Position numbers and translations under genes: made by a program | Part shown: positions 38,801 to 49,700 of the stretch, piece after piece | Position numbering within the stretch: position 1 is the stretch's first letter | How the letters are laid out: each line of letters opens with the position of its first letter | Origin: a virus | Taxonomy: Duplodnaviria > Caudoviricetes | Length of the DNA stretch: 64,000 nt | Strand: one strand, 5' to 3' | Virus record (IMG/VR): IMGVR_UViG_3300014000_000001 | Location: 1 to 64,000 of that record | The notes under the pieces: model-generated | What the model was told of the DNA's origin: nothing | Seen by the model: only the letters and a program-made list of their open reading frames with translations | The model's database searches: none

Positions 38801-41800
38801 GCACCTTTACCTAGAAGTTTACCACCTCCACCAACAATACCTTTAGCAAGCTTCCATGTTGCTCCTGGGAACATCATTGCGGCGTAAGGACCGTATGTCT
38901 TGACAAGATCCCAAGCTTTACTACCCATTCCTTTTTCAGGTTCTTGCTTATAAGGATCTTCTTTGGTATTTGGATCACCAGCTTCTGCATCGCCAGTCCA
39001 ATGTTGATAACCTTTGTAACCAGCATATGCAAGTCCAGCAGTGGCTAAACGTCCAGTCGTACTCCCTAACATCCATTTAGCTGCACCAAGTAAACCCTTA
39101 CCCTTACCGCCTTTACCTTCACCTACACCTGGAAGCAAGGCACCTAACAAACTACCGATAGGACCACCGCCGAGTTTAAGCGATAAAGCGCTACCTAACC
39201 AACCAATAGAACCTTTAAGTAAAGTACCAAATCCACCCAGTAAAGATGAACCCAGCCCACCTAATATCATACCGAAAGGAGACATCAACCCTTTAATTAA
39301 TTTCGAGATCCAAGATTCTTTCTTCTCTTTCTTCTCTTTCGGGTCTTTATCTTTACCTTTCTTGTTCTTGGCATTATCACGCTGGTCAGCCCAAGAACCT
39401 TTACGGAAGAAGTTCGTGAGTCCACGCATACCACCTTTAAACTTAGCAAGGGTTTGAATGTTTTTACCTGAAACCGTTTCAAGTCCAGTTTTAAGATCAG
39501 CTTCTGAGACAATAGTATTGCCTTTTTCGTCTTTGACTCCAGCCAATAAATCAGCATAGTCTTTGACAGGTTTACCATTGTCTGCACGGAAGTATTTACC
39601 TGACTTAATATCCATTGCCTTAATGAGAATGTCTTTTTGACCTTTGATACGAACATCTTCGATCTTAGTGATCATCTCATCGGCTTTATTCGCTCCAATG
39701 CGTTTCATGATTTGAGCATGGCGATGTAAACCACCAAACAGTCCTTCAAACTCACCTGCATTGATGTGGATAGCTTTACCATCAACGGTCATTAACCCTT
39801 TCTTTAAATCCTCTTCAGTGATGAGAAGTTGTTTACCTGTATCCATGACTGGGCCATCAATAAACTCAGGAATGGTAATCACCTTACCTGTCTTTTGACT
39901 TAAGTAGTGATTACTTTCAAATCCTTTCTTAGTTAAGACTGGAGTACTTGGGTTACCTTTGATATACACGTCGTAAGCAATTTTACGTTTCTTAATTTCA
40001 TCTTCAAAGAGTTCTTGGCGTTTATCCCCAGACATCTTTAAGAAGTTCATGAAGGCTTTACCTTTCGCTCCAGGAAGAGCAGCTTCTTTAAGGTAAGAAC
40101 CGAAACGTTCGGTCGCCGACATCATCAGTGGAAGTTTAAGTTTTTCACCCATTGCATCAACGAGTTGCGGGAGTTCTTCAACCGTGATCTTAATGTAGAA
40201 CCCATGCTCATTTTGCATCATGACCGCACCACTGATCCCGCTGTGGCTTTTGATCGGCTTGTCTTTACAGAATACTTTCTCTGCTTTAAACTGAGCAGCA
40301 GTAATACGTGGTTCGGTCTCACCTGCAATATAGATATCAATTGGGTTATTGTCGTAGTTTAGCCCGACTCGTTTTTCACCCATTGCAGACATCCAATTCA
40401 ATGCCTTACCACCATACTTGTTCACATACTTAGATGCATACTTTTGATATACTTCATTGGTACGTTTAAATGCCATGTTACGATATTGTTTAAGCTTAGA
40501 GATTTTCACATGTTCTTTTTCATTGTTAAAAAGTCCATCTGTTAATTGCTCTTCGGTTAAAACAACATTACCTTTATTTTGGACATCAATAACAGGACCC
40601 GTAATATCATGGTGGCTCCACAGAATGTTTCCTGTGTTCTTATCCATATAGCGACGTTCTTTAAAGCCCTCGGCAGTAAGGAGGAGCTTACCATTACGAT
40701 CGTAGATATCGATTGGTTTATCAAGAATAAACTTATCACGAGCATTCTTGGCTTTTTCCAAAGTGTCTCTAAAGCGTTCGGACTGTGCAAGGATAGCATA
40801 ACGTTTGCCTGCATATTCAGTTGCTGACATATAACGACGATTGGCTTCTTGCAAACCTAGCATTCGATATGGCTTACCTGCACGGGTTACAATCTCATTG
40901 TTGGCCAAATCGACAAATGAAACAATCACCGCACCTTCTTTATCAACAACAGTACCCGTCACCTCAGATGGGTTCTTAATCACACTGCCTGATTTTTGAT
41001 CAATGTATTCATGATTTCTAAACCCTTGTTTGGTTAAGAACGGAGTTCCTTTTCCTTTAAAGTAAAGATCAATTGGAAGATTAAACATCTTCGGATTTTC
41101 AGCTTCTTTTAAAGTTTGCGAAACCGCAGTCATGGTACGATCACGATCAAGTAAATGACTCTTAGTACTCATCCCTAGATTCTTAGCTGATTTCCAACCG
41201 GCTTGACCTAAAGACTTGCCTGTACTCCATGCGTCAGAACCAATCTTTTTACCAATGCCTGCTAGAGAGTTGACAATCTCAACATTAGTTCCCTCACCTT
41301 TAGGATCAATAAAACGATTAAACTTATCGTGAAGTTTATTGATTCCCATCTTACCTAAGCGAGAAGCATAAGCTTTAGGATCAGCCTTGGCTTTAGCTTG
41401 TTGTTGCTTCGTCCAGAGTTTCATCCCGTTCGCAAGACGACGTTTAGCAGGAAGCTTCTTATTAAGAACTGAAGCCATTTCTTCTTTGGTGAAGTTACCT
41501 ACACTAATATCTAAAGCTTGCCAGATTTTCTCAACTGCCATTTCTTCTTGCTCGTTAGCAAACTCTTTAGCTTTTGAGGTTAATCCTTTTAGACGCGCAC
41601 CTTCTTTAAATTCTTTCTCTGACTTAAACCCAAACAAGCGGTAATAAACACTGTTGATGGTATTGTCAGAGTTGATTAAAGGAGCCCCTAGCTTGTTGAT
41701 GGATTCGAGTAATGTTTTGTTGAAATCAGTAGCATCTTTAGAAACTACATATTCACCACCATGGGTTTTCACCAAATGCTCTTGATCGGGTTGCCCCTTA

Positions 41801-44586
41801 GTTGAACCTGTTTTCAAACGGGCTGTGTTTTCCAGATGAGATAAATTACCACCAGATGCAAAAGAAGGAATCCAACCACCAGAAGCATAACCTCGTTTAG
41901 CGTAAAGATCTTGGCGTTTCTTCCATTCTTTCTTAGATAGTAAACTTTGGAGTACGGCTTTGTATCGTTCACTGTCAGGTAAATTACGTGCAATAATACG
42001 ATCTAATATTCTGATCCTCGCGGCTTTGGCTAGGCGTTTCTTACCTGAATTTAGATCTTCGATATCTTTACGTTGTTGTTCCTGAAGCTCTTGCTGTTTG
42101 CGATCTAGAGTTGATTGAAGAGTTGCATTCTTTGCAGTGTAACCCATGCTCCAAGGACTGCCTAAGCGATTTGCAATCAGTTGGTTTTGATCAAATCCAA
42201 ACGCTGCGAAGCTATTAAACTTCTTGGTACCTTCTTGCTTGCGTTTAATCGCATCGAAACGAGAATCACTGCTATGGATGTATTCACCTGTGGTAGGGTG
42301 AATGAGGTAATCATCCCCTAAAGTCATTCCAGAGAATGCTAACCCGCCTTGATGTAAATCAGCAATATTTCTTAACCGAGTATTAGCTCTTTGAGCATCG
42401 CTTTGATGGGATGTACCTACGTTAGGCTGATAACGAAGCTTTTGCTTTTGACCCATATAGTCATAATCTTCATCGATTGCATGAATTTCATAACCATCTT
42501 CATCTCGCGATAAACGTCCATTTTGTTTATAATCCCTTGTGTATTGCCCGTAAAGGATTTCTTCAAAGTTTGGATTGATGGAATATACCCCATCGCTGGT
42601 TTCTATTATCGCTCCGCGTTTGATTAAGAATCTTAATCCCTCGGATGAGGTCTTCGCCATACGTTCAATTCCTTTCTCATCCATTACTGGCATTTTTCGA
42701 ATATTGACGTTTAGGTTAGAGAGCTCACGTTGCTTGCTATTATACTCTTTAAAACCCATCATGGAGATTTTTGCAATATCCATCACGGATTCACTATTCA
42801 TGAGCTGTTCCTGTAATTTTTCAGGAAGATTCATGAGTTTAGGGACTTTGAATAATAATTCACCTTTTACATCTGGCGGGGCTTTAAAGTTAGGCGTTAG
42901 TAATTCAAGAGGGTTCATGGTCCCTGAAGAAGCACGTTCTTTAATTAACCACTTTTTAATATAACCTACAGCTTTAGCACTGAGTAAGTGATTCTTATCA
43001 AATGCATTTAACCACTCATCTAGTGCATTGCTGGCTTGTTGGACTTGATCTTTTTTAACAACCTCATCCATCATGTTATCTTCAAGTTTCTTCGTATCTA
43101 CAAAGTCACCTGATTTAAAATCCCAAGACACGTCTTTAGCATCTTTCCCATGAGCTGCCCGGTAGGTGTTCATGTGGATCTTTTTAAGCCATCCTGGAAT
43201 AATATCAATTACCGTTAAACGGAAACGATTATCCATAAAGGCTGCTTTCTCTAAGTCTAAATCCTTAGCATTGTAAGCAGTTCGATCTCCAGAAATTGCT
43301 GCGTCTCTTAGATCGAAGAAGTCAACTAAACCATCAATGAGGTTATTACCAAAGCCGTTCTTTAATCCTTTATTAATGAGTGCTGGAGCTTGAGCAGTCA
43401 ATGCAGAAAGATTAGAACCATATACATCCCAACCACGCTTTTCCATCTGGGCACGGATTTTAGGAGATAGCCAGTCAGCGCCTTTACCGACTAATTTATC
43501 AATCCCCATCCCTAGACCCATTTGGCGTGCTAAGGCACCATAGTGTCCTGCAGCGGTACTACCATCTTCAACAGAGTCACGGGTGTTATCGTTGAACATG
43601 GAAAGGTTGGAACCAATCTCTTGCCAGAAGTTACTCATCTTACCGCGGATTTTACCAACCACTCGTTTGGTAAGTTGTGATCCTACTCCATCGAATGGAG
43701 CCATGATCCCGCCCATAACTTTCTGGGCAAGTGCTTGTTGGGCGATTTCCGAAGCATTGATCTTAAGATAATCTGGTAAGCCTGTATTTTTGTGGATAGC
43801 TTGCAGCTCTTCCATGCTCTCTTTACGATAAGCACTTAAGAGTTGTAATTGTCGTTGTTGGGTAACAAAGGTACGTGCTTGTAACTCAATACTCTTACGT
43901 TGGAAAGTATAAGTGATTTGCTCATTAAAACTTCTTTGAGCAATGATTCCTTTGTTAATACCCTCTAATAATTTATTGCCTTGGTTTTGACGTTCAGCGG
44001 ATTGTTCTTTATCCACCATATCGGCTTCAAAGCGTTCATCATCAACTTTCTGACGTTGCTCATTGGAAGCATTTTGCGCCTGCATATGCGCGCCGAAGGT
44101 TTCATCTAAAATAGATTGAATCTTCAGTTCATCGAGTTGATCTTCAGAAGGAGCGCCAGAAGAAGAACGTTCTTCTTCATTTGCCCAAGCACTAAGTCTT
44201 TTTAGTCCTAATTTATCTGTAACCGAACTAAACGATCTTACAACACCCTTAACATCCTTACGGACTTTTTCCCATTCTTTTTGTTGGTCTCGCCAAAGTG
44301 ATGCCACTTCATTTGAGACAGTATCATAACTTTCAAGGACAGGAGTATAATCTGACGGCAAAGCTTTTTTCATGAGCTCACGTCTAAGCTTGGCATCATT
44401 TTTTAAAAAGCTTAGATGGTCAGCCACATCCTCTTTTAATTTCGATGTGAGGGTTGCTTTACGACCAGAGTCTTCAGCATCTGCTCCATCAAAGTTAAAA
44501 TCCATATCATCGAATTCTGAGAAATCGATATCATCACTAGAGCTGGTATTCCTAGCTCCTAGTTTACTTTTTCCAAATCCGAACAT
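35827..44586 (-). CDS. giant tail-associated (tape-measure-like) lysin, phiKZ gp181-like, with GH19 and CHAP-like domains
   Basis: 2919 aa; HESNGF...YKGRGYIQLTGKANY...VNGGLNGLEDR (GH19); GKCAEYVR...GDIACF...YGHICIF...WISDF (CHAP-like); divergent from the beta'-like gene. Confidence 0.8.
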   Translation of the reverse strand: MFGFGKSKLGARNTSSSDDIDFSEFDDMDFNFDGADAEDSGRKATLTSKLKEDVADHLSFLKNDAKLRRELMKKALPSDYTPVLESYDTVSNEVASLWRDQQKEWEKVRKDVKGVVRSFSSVTDKLGLKRLSAWANEEERSSSGAPSEDQLDELKIQSILDETFGAHMQAQNASNEQRQKVDDERFEADMVDKEQSAERQNQGNKLLEGINKGIIAQRSFNEQITYTFQRKSIELQARTFVTQQRQLQLLSAYRKESMEELQAIHKNTGLPDYLKINASEIAQQALAQKVMGGIMAPFDGVGSQLTKRVVGKIRGKMSNFWQEIGSNLSMFNDNTRDSVEDGSTAAGHYGALARQMGLGMGIDKLVGKGADWLSPKIRAQMEKRGWDVYGSNLSALTAQAPALINKGLKNGFGNNLIDGLVDFFDLRDAAISGDRTAYNAKDLDLEKAAFMDNRFRLTVIDIIPGWLKKIHMNTYRAAHGKDAKDVSWDFKSGDFVDTKKLEDNMMDEVVKKDQVQQASNALDEWLNAFDKNHLLSAKAVGYIKKWLIKERASSGTMNPLELLTPNFKAPPDVKGELLFKVPKLMNLPEKLQEQLMNSESVMDIAKISMMGFKEYNSKQRELSNLNVNIRKMPVMDEKGIERMAKTSSEGLRFLIKRGAIIETSDGVYSINPNFEEILYGQYTRDYKQNGRLSRDEDGYEIHAIDEDYDYMGQKQKLRYQPNVGTSHQSDAQRANTRLRNIADLHQGGLAFSGMTLGDDYLIHPTTGEYIHSSDSRFDAIKRKQEGTKKFNSFAAFGFDQNQLIANRLGSPWSMGYTAKNATLQSTLDRKQQELQEQQRKDIEDLNSGKKRLAKAARIRILDRIIARNLPDSERYKAVLQSLLSKKEWKKRQDLYAKRGYASGGWIPSFASGGNLSHLENTARLKTGSTKGQPDQEHLVKTHGGEYVVSKDATDFNKTLLESINKLGAPLINSDNTINSVYYRLFGFKSEKEFKEGARLKGLTSKAKEFANEQEEMAVEKIWQALDISVGNFTKEEMASVLNKKLPAKRRLANGMKLWTKQQQAKAKADPKAYASRLGKMGINKLHDKFNRFIDPKGEGTNVEIVNSLAGIGKKIGSDAWSTGKSLGQAGWKSAKNLGMSTKSHLLDRDRTMTAVSQTLKEAENPKMFNLPIDLYFKGKGTPFLTKQGFRNHEYIDQKSGSVIKNPSEVTGTVVDKEGAVIVSFVDLANNEIVTRAGKPYRMLGLQEANRRYMSATEYAGKRYAILAQSERFRDTLEKAKNARDKFILDKPIDIYDRNGKLLLTAEGFKERRYMDKNTGNILWSHHDITGPVIDVQNKGNVVLTEEQLTDGLFNNEKEHVKISKLKQYRNMAFKRTNEVYQKYASKYVNKYGGKALNWMSAMGEKRVGLNYDNNPIDIYIAGETEPRITAAQFKAEKVFCKDKPIKSHSGISGAVMMQNEHGFYIKITVEELPQLVDAMGEKLKLPLMMSATERFGSYLKEAALPGAKGKAFMNFLKMSGDKRQELFEDEIKKRKIAYDVYIKGNPSTPVLTKKGFESNHYLSQKTGKVITIPEFIDGPVMDTGKQLLITEEDLKKGLMTVDGKAIHINAGEFEGLFGGLHRHAQIMKRIGANKADEMITKIEDVRIKGQKDILIKAMDIKSGKYFRADNGKPVKDYADLLAGVKDEKGNTIVSEADLKTGLETVSGKNIQTLAKFKGGMRGLTNFFRKGSWADQRDNAKNKKGKDKDPKEKKEKKESWISKLIKGLMSPFGMILGGLGSSLLGGFGTLLKGSIGWLGSALSLKLGGGPIGSLLGALLPGVGEGKGGKGKGLLGAAKWMLGSTTGRLATAGLAYAGYKGYQHWTGDAEAGDPNTKEDPYKQEPEKGMGSKAWDLVKTYGPYAAMMFPGATWKLAKGIVGGGGKLLGKGAVAGVKGAGQAAAWGATKLATKLPGMAGTLGKVASGAARVGAGTWAGTGAMIRGGITTASWLLKGARLLTPWGIAATIAWYGGKALYNMWKDGKNPWNRFRMAQYGFDHNDSGITDKIAKMETIAQSLIQVGVKSVSFKEDQKAVDEILKICGFKDENGQDIAEQQERLPAFSIWFKERFLRVFASYAQTLKQILGKPDIVDLQKLDRGQQTQLLKGVHFTATEHNPYMIKQSPFEDPDRCEMGMNDVEKISRKLRDKISQLPKPPEKAKALTATEDAPLDANKKGKSEADKAVEKQMNKDGKDKPKTPSTKTAVDEANKAVKYQSLAAQAVVKQNREAIVKTTQEANKQTDSLFDKMIDGLTSKIKNFQSAAATAWNKITSGNFGETMDGIGDAAGLAANAVGLGGVYSAGQWLGDQVSSIGGGNAKAAEQNLITTAKKAGITNPTELAMLLSQAAHESNGFKTTREYGKDADFAKYNNRRDLGNGPNDGAKYKGRGYIQLTGKANYAAFSKWAGQDFVSKPELVEKEPWASLATVWFWTQHPNMTKRGRAAAQRGDIIGATKAVNGGLNGLEDRKKYWAKYSQMAKDPKGFESSTTTNNAFTARNASASKEGSSQTSNAFTQRNAPVQPQSQKATTTLPPTIAAPTATNKQAGGIIGNAMASLDAKYGNKSTPTPLSSPTAQKAQAVTTAKVTNAPDWDIDKIAQTVTARSKGPWRQGLNVGKCAEYVRAALQSGDLKGQIKGGFGHAYQLMQALQSLGWVNVGTINTVKPQKGDIACFDRGSYTDKTGKPTPYGHICIFNGTAWISDFTQNQMYPSSKASGAKHYILRAQSQLCKTGAVPTNMVAPETAKASAGTQAIANTPIAKSNSSAKVSQTMNSISNGSASTTSSQTYTPPPQTVAPSGETNVILGKQLVVQEKILSLLEQLVGNTSSTNRSINPNSNSQENSAITKQGLTIPQLEVKKDVLSKPAPVSPFADVTNPISVKKPA

Positions 44587-44660
44587 AGTAGTCTACTCTG
44601 TAAGGTAAATTCTAATTTAATCAAATGATTTCCGCTATTTTTATTTAGAGGTTTAATAAA

Positions 44661-46109
44661 ATGCTTAAACCCATGAATCCAGCCAGTATTGCGATCTTTA
44701 AAGCTGAAGCTTCAAAGTTTCGACATGTGGGTCGTGTGAAGGTATTAGATGTCTTCCAAAACAATACTCGTGACTTCCATAGTGAAGGTTTATTCTCCAC
44801 TGAAATCTTTGGACGGGTTGGTTCTAATGAACGTTTGACTCGTTTCGGTTATATTGATATTCATGTTCCGATTCTCCATCCACGTGTCTTTACCAAGCTT
44901 TGTAATTTGAAACAGCTCTACAAAGAAATCATGGCAGGTAAAGAGTATGCCATTTGGGATGCTAAAGAGGGAGATTTCGTTAAATCCGATCAGATGGACG
45001 GTGAGACAGGTTATCAGTTCTTTATCTCTCACCTACCTGAACTTAAACTTAAACGCACCCAATCTAATCTACGTGATAATAAAATCAAAGTAGTGAAGAA
45101 CAATTTAGATCGAGCATTAACTGAATACATTTTGGTAATGCCTGCGGGTTACCGCGATCTAGAAGTAGATGAACATGGTGGTACTGACCAAGCTGAAATT
45201 AATGATTTCTATCGAACGCTGATTAAAATCTCCAATACTTTATCTACGATTAATGATCTAAACTCTCCAATCATTGATAAAGCCCGCTTTTCATTACAAA
45301 TGGCTTTTAATGAGTTACATGACTATTTAATGAGTAACTCAACCAAAGGTAAGGGTTCATTCTTTAACTCTAAATTTGGTCGACGTAAAATTAAATATGG
45401 TACGCGTAATGTCTGGGCGGTTGCATCGGTATCAGTTAAACACTTAGATGACCCAACCAATTTTATGCCTGATCATACTCAGGTAGGTTTATTTCAAGCA
45501 GTGAAAGCAACTGAACCTTTATTCATTCATCATTTGCGTACAGGTTATGTTGATCAGGTATTCAATGGCGAAAACTCAGCTTGGCTCATCGATCCTAAAA
45601 CGTTGAACCGAGTTGAGGTTCCCTTAAAACCTAGAACCATAGATCGTTGGAAAACTGTTGCAGGTTTAACTAAGATCATTAACCAGTTTGAAAATGTACA
45701 AAAACGTAATGATTACATTATGGTGGATGGACATTATCTAGGTTTAATCTATCGTCGTGAAGGACGAGTTCGTCTGGTTTATAGTTTAGATGATGTTCCT
45801 GTAGATCGTGCGGAGGATAAAGATTATATTTATCCAATTACCTATGGCGAGTTATTCTTCTTGATTTGTAACCGTTATCAAGGTGAATGTCCTGCTGATA
45901 TTACTCGTTACCCGATTGCTGGAGCTGAATCAATCTACCCATCTTATAACTATCTAATGTCAACTGCCGAACCTTATCGCGTGATTGAATTAGATGAAGA
46001 ATGGAAAGACACTACAAACGTAACTTCACAATTTCCAAACACGGAGGTATCGATTTGGTTTGATACCATGGGACCACACCCGATTAAAGTACCTGAAGCC
46101 GGTGGCGAT
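44661..46109 (+). CDS. rpoC: virion RNA polymerase beta' N-terminal subunit (phiKZ gp180-like), exon 1
   Basis: EGLFSTEIFG, RFGYIDI, VMPAGYRD, TRYP; ends ...EAGGD at the 5' splice site. Confidence 0.9.
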
Positions 46110-46594
46110 AAAATGTATGTAAATTAACTACATGTTAATTGAAATGTCCTCTTGTAGGGAAACCTGCTTGAGTTTTCTCTCGAAATTGTCTGGAACTCCA
46201 TTGAAATATGGACACCATAAGAGCCAACACTACCTGGTAGTAACTATAGGTGCGAAAGCAGAAACAAGTGTGTTGGATGACCTAAGGTTAAATCCTAAGG
46301 GTTAGTAGAATTGGGAACCAGCAGCGAAGGTATTGTTGAGATAACAAAACCGCGTTCAACGACTATCCCTTTGCCAGGGAGTAGGGGGTAGCACCTCCGA
46401 AGTGAGAGACCGATAACAGTAGAGTTATCCGGAATGCAGTTAACCGAGCATTCTGCCAAACGTGATACTCGTGGGATAAGAGATAGTCTACTCTGTTCTG
46501 GAATTGACCAGAATATACAAAGGGTGAAAGCCCCAGCGGGTACTTAAATGCGTACCGCCTTTGGAAGTTAAAGCGATCCGAAGGGGATAATAGG
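46110..46594 (+). mobile_element. group I intron (IA2-like), no embedded ORF
   Basis: P AATTGTCTGGAA 46184, Q AACCAGCAGC 46316, R GTTCAACGACTA 46354, S AAGAGATAGTCT 46478; P3 TCTCTC/GAGAGA; P7 GACTA/TAGTC; P7.1 and P7.2 hairpins; exon ends in U, intron ends in G. Confidence 0.92.
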
Positions 46595-46765
46595 TATGAT
46601 GGAGACACGGGCAACGATAATGTAAATATGTCAGAAGAAGCAAAAGAAGATACTAGAAAATATCTGAATTCATTAAATGCACATATTGATGTGGATGGTA
46701 ACATGATTGGTTCTCCTTTGATTGATCCAATCAAACGTATCATCTTTAACATGACTGGAGCTTAA
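46595..46765 (+). CDS. rpoC: beta'-like subunit exon 2 (56 aa)
   Basis: YDGDTGNDNVNMSEEAKEDTRKYLNSLNAHIDVDGNMIGSPLIDPIKRIIFNMTGA*; completes the DYDGD motif; stop lies 2 nt before next ATG. Confidence 0.88.
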   Translation, partial: YDGDTGNDNVNMSEEAKEDTRKYLNSLNAHIDVDGNMIGSPLIDPIKRIIFNMTGA

Positions 46766-46767
46766 TC

Positions 46768-49700
46768 ATGCAAATCATGATTGATAAGTTTGTACGTAGC
46801 TATTGTGTCCGTAAAAAAGATCAAGTTCAAAATCCCCCAATTCACAAATTAAAAGAGTTGGTATTTCCTCGTAATTCTCAAATTCATTTTCTCTCTAAAG
46901 ACGGCAATGAAATTGGGATTACTTCAACAAATCCAATCTTAAACAACATGGATAAAGGTAAAGTCATTTCAGAATTTGTGACCTCTTATTCTGTTGAGAA
47001 AGCAGGTGGGTTTAAACGTGTCACCATGGATATGAAAGAACCTATCCGTGATTACATGCGTCGCAATAAAGGGATTGCAGATGCACGCTTTTCTAAATCT
47101 GATATGCTCCTAGATAAGAACATCATTGTGAGTAACTACGGGTTAATGGAAGAGAATGTTAAATACTTTAACAATCCTCGTCAATGGTGGATACGTTTTC
47201 AAAACTACTGGGGTTCGGTATTTAAAGATGTAGAAGATAAGGTACGAAGTAATCGTCGAAACCACTTCATCATTATGAATATCCCAGATGTGATGCCGTC
47301 TGTTTCTCAATTTCGTAAATTTGCAGAAGTTGAAAACAATCAAAGTATTGATAAAATTGCCAACTCAGAACGGATGCTCATTGCTCAATTCTGGTTATGG
47401 TTTATGGATAGCCCACGCTGTATCCTACCTAAAGATCCAAATGTCACCAATCGCATGTATGTGATCTTTACATGGCATGATCAATGGTTATGTTTTAATC
47501 TTGCCAGTATCCGTACTTACATGAAAACATCAAGTAATCCTAAAGGTAGTTGGGATACTTTTCGAATGCAGCGTAATTTTGTCATTATGCTTCTCACTAT
47601 GCAATTTGGTTTGATTGACCATATGGCGTTTGCTGATGAAGAGGGTGAGGAAGCACATGATGCGCCACTCACTGAAGAAGAGAAGTATGAGCTTCAACAA
47701 GACCTTAAAGATGACACCTTAGGGGTGCTGTCTCAAGACCCTGTTGATTCGGTTAAGGAAAAGATTACCCAAGCGTTCGATACATTGGAAGTAGATATTG
47801 CTGAAAAAGAATCTATCGAAAATGTAGAAGCTAAACGTAATAAGAAAGCTGATAGTTTACTTGATGAATTAGAAGTGGTGAATGCCAATACTGTTGATAA
47901 TATTCAAGAAGCTTCCCCAAATACCGAACAGCAGATCTTAAAAGATGATGATGGGGAAGCGGTAAAAACTATTTCTCGAGAGCAGGTGTTAATCGATTAC
48001 CAAGTTTATCAACCCAAAGAGCTTAACATCGAAGAGAAGTTCGATGAACATCTTAAAGATCAAGTAGTGAAAGGTTCAGTTACCCCACAGCAGATGAAGC
48101 GTTTAGAGAAGCTTGCTCGTCGTTATAAAGAGATCCCTGATCCTAAAACTGGAGTGAGTTCTTTAGAAGTTGCTGCTAAGATCGAAGCTAAAGATTTGGT
48201 AATCTCTAAAGATGAGAAGATCACTGATAAAATCAATATGGTGAATGATGAATCCATGTTGAAATCTACTTTAGTGTCTTACAATAAAAAGTACATCAGT
48301 ACTGTAATGCATAAGGATGTGTATAACTCCGTTTTAGCTTTACAACGTCGTGGGATTGCTGTACAGAACTATTCGATTAAACGAGTAACTCAGCTTGGCG
48401 ATGATTACGAAGTCCATTCGGTGAAATTAGTTCCGATTGATGGTGAGCCTTCTACTGTGAACTTTAAAGTTCCAGTGATTGACGATCACGGAGTATTCCA
48501 ATCTCGTGGAATTCGCCTTCGTATGGCAGCCCAACGAGTTGATATTCCAATTCGTAAGATCGGTCCCGATGAAGTTTCTTTGACTTCTAGCATGTCTAAG
48601 ATGTTTGTGGAACGCTGTCAGTTTGTTGCTTATTCTCGCGATCAATGGTTAAAGTCTAAACTCTTAGAGTTGGTCGGTGATCAATCTGGAGTAAAGGTGA
48701 GCTTTGGCAAAGTCTTTAAAAATGATGAGGATGTGCCGTTGGCTTATTCTCGGTTTGCCCGTTCAGTTAAACGCATTCGTTTTCAAGATTATGATTTAAA
48801 CTTTGATGTGAGTAAATTAGATTCATTCTTTGGAGATGAAGTTGTAAAAGCCTTTGATCCCACTCGTGGTACTCAAATTCTACTTGGTAAAGGTAAGGAC
48901 ACATTACTGATCTTAACCAAAGCAGGAATCGTACATGAGTGCGGTATTGACAACAAAGATCACAAAGAGCTTGGCCCCTTAGAAGAGTTCATTGGATTAG
49001 ATACCTCATCTGCACCTAAAGATTGTGCTGATTTAATTGTGGTCTCTAAGAATATTCCGTTAGGTTTTGTCTTAGGTTATTATGTTGGTTTAGGGAACCT
49101 ACTTAAAACCTTAGATGTTAAATATCAATTCATTCCGAAGAATACTCGAACCGCTCGTTTAGGTAAAGATTCCATAGAGATTAAGTTCTCAGATGGAACG
49201 CTTGAAATCTACGATTATGATTACAAAGCACAATTAGTTTTACAAGGATTCAACCGCTATCATCGTTTTGTTAAACGTTATCCAATGGTAGAGTTTGATA
49301 AAAAGAGTGTCTATGGGTTAATTCTTAATGAGGTGGGATTACCTGCACGATACGAGCGTGAGCTTCGCATCTTAAGAGATATGTGGGTTGATCCAATCAC
49401 TGAAGAAGAATTAAAACGTATGGGTGAACCTACGGATTTTGTTCTTCTACTTTTACGTGCTGCTGAATTACTTGAAAAGGATATGCATCCTGAAGCAATG
49501 GATCGTGCATATCAACGCGATCGCGGTTATGAACGTATTAGTTCCATGATCTATGATGAATTGGTGAAATCTATCCGTGCTTATGAATCAACGCCTGTAC
49601 GAGCTAAAGCAAAAGTTACCATGAACCCTGAAGCGGTTTGGATGAAGTTAATTGGAGATGAAACCACAGCCCCAATTGAAGAATCTAACCCAATCCACGC

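Noticed and set aside
35827-44608. Many short alternative-frame and antisense ORFs inside the giant tail gene (and similar ones inside other long genes)
   Set aside because: Shadow ORFs of long coding sequences; no SD or recognisable motifs
46110-46127. Premature stop (KMYVN*) suggesting a truncated or pseudogenised beta' subunit
   Set aside because: The stop lies inside the group I intron; splicing restores the frame and the catalytic motif
46363-46752. 129-aa minus-strand ORF as a possible intron endonuclease
   Set aside because: Antisense to the intron core and exon 2, with no HNH, GIY-YIG or LAGLIDADG motif
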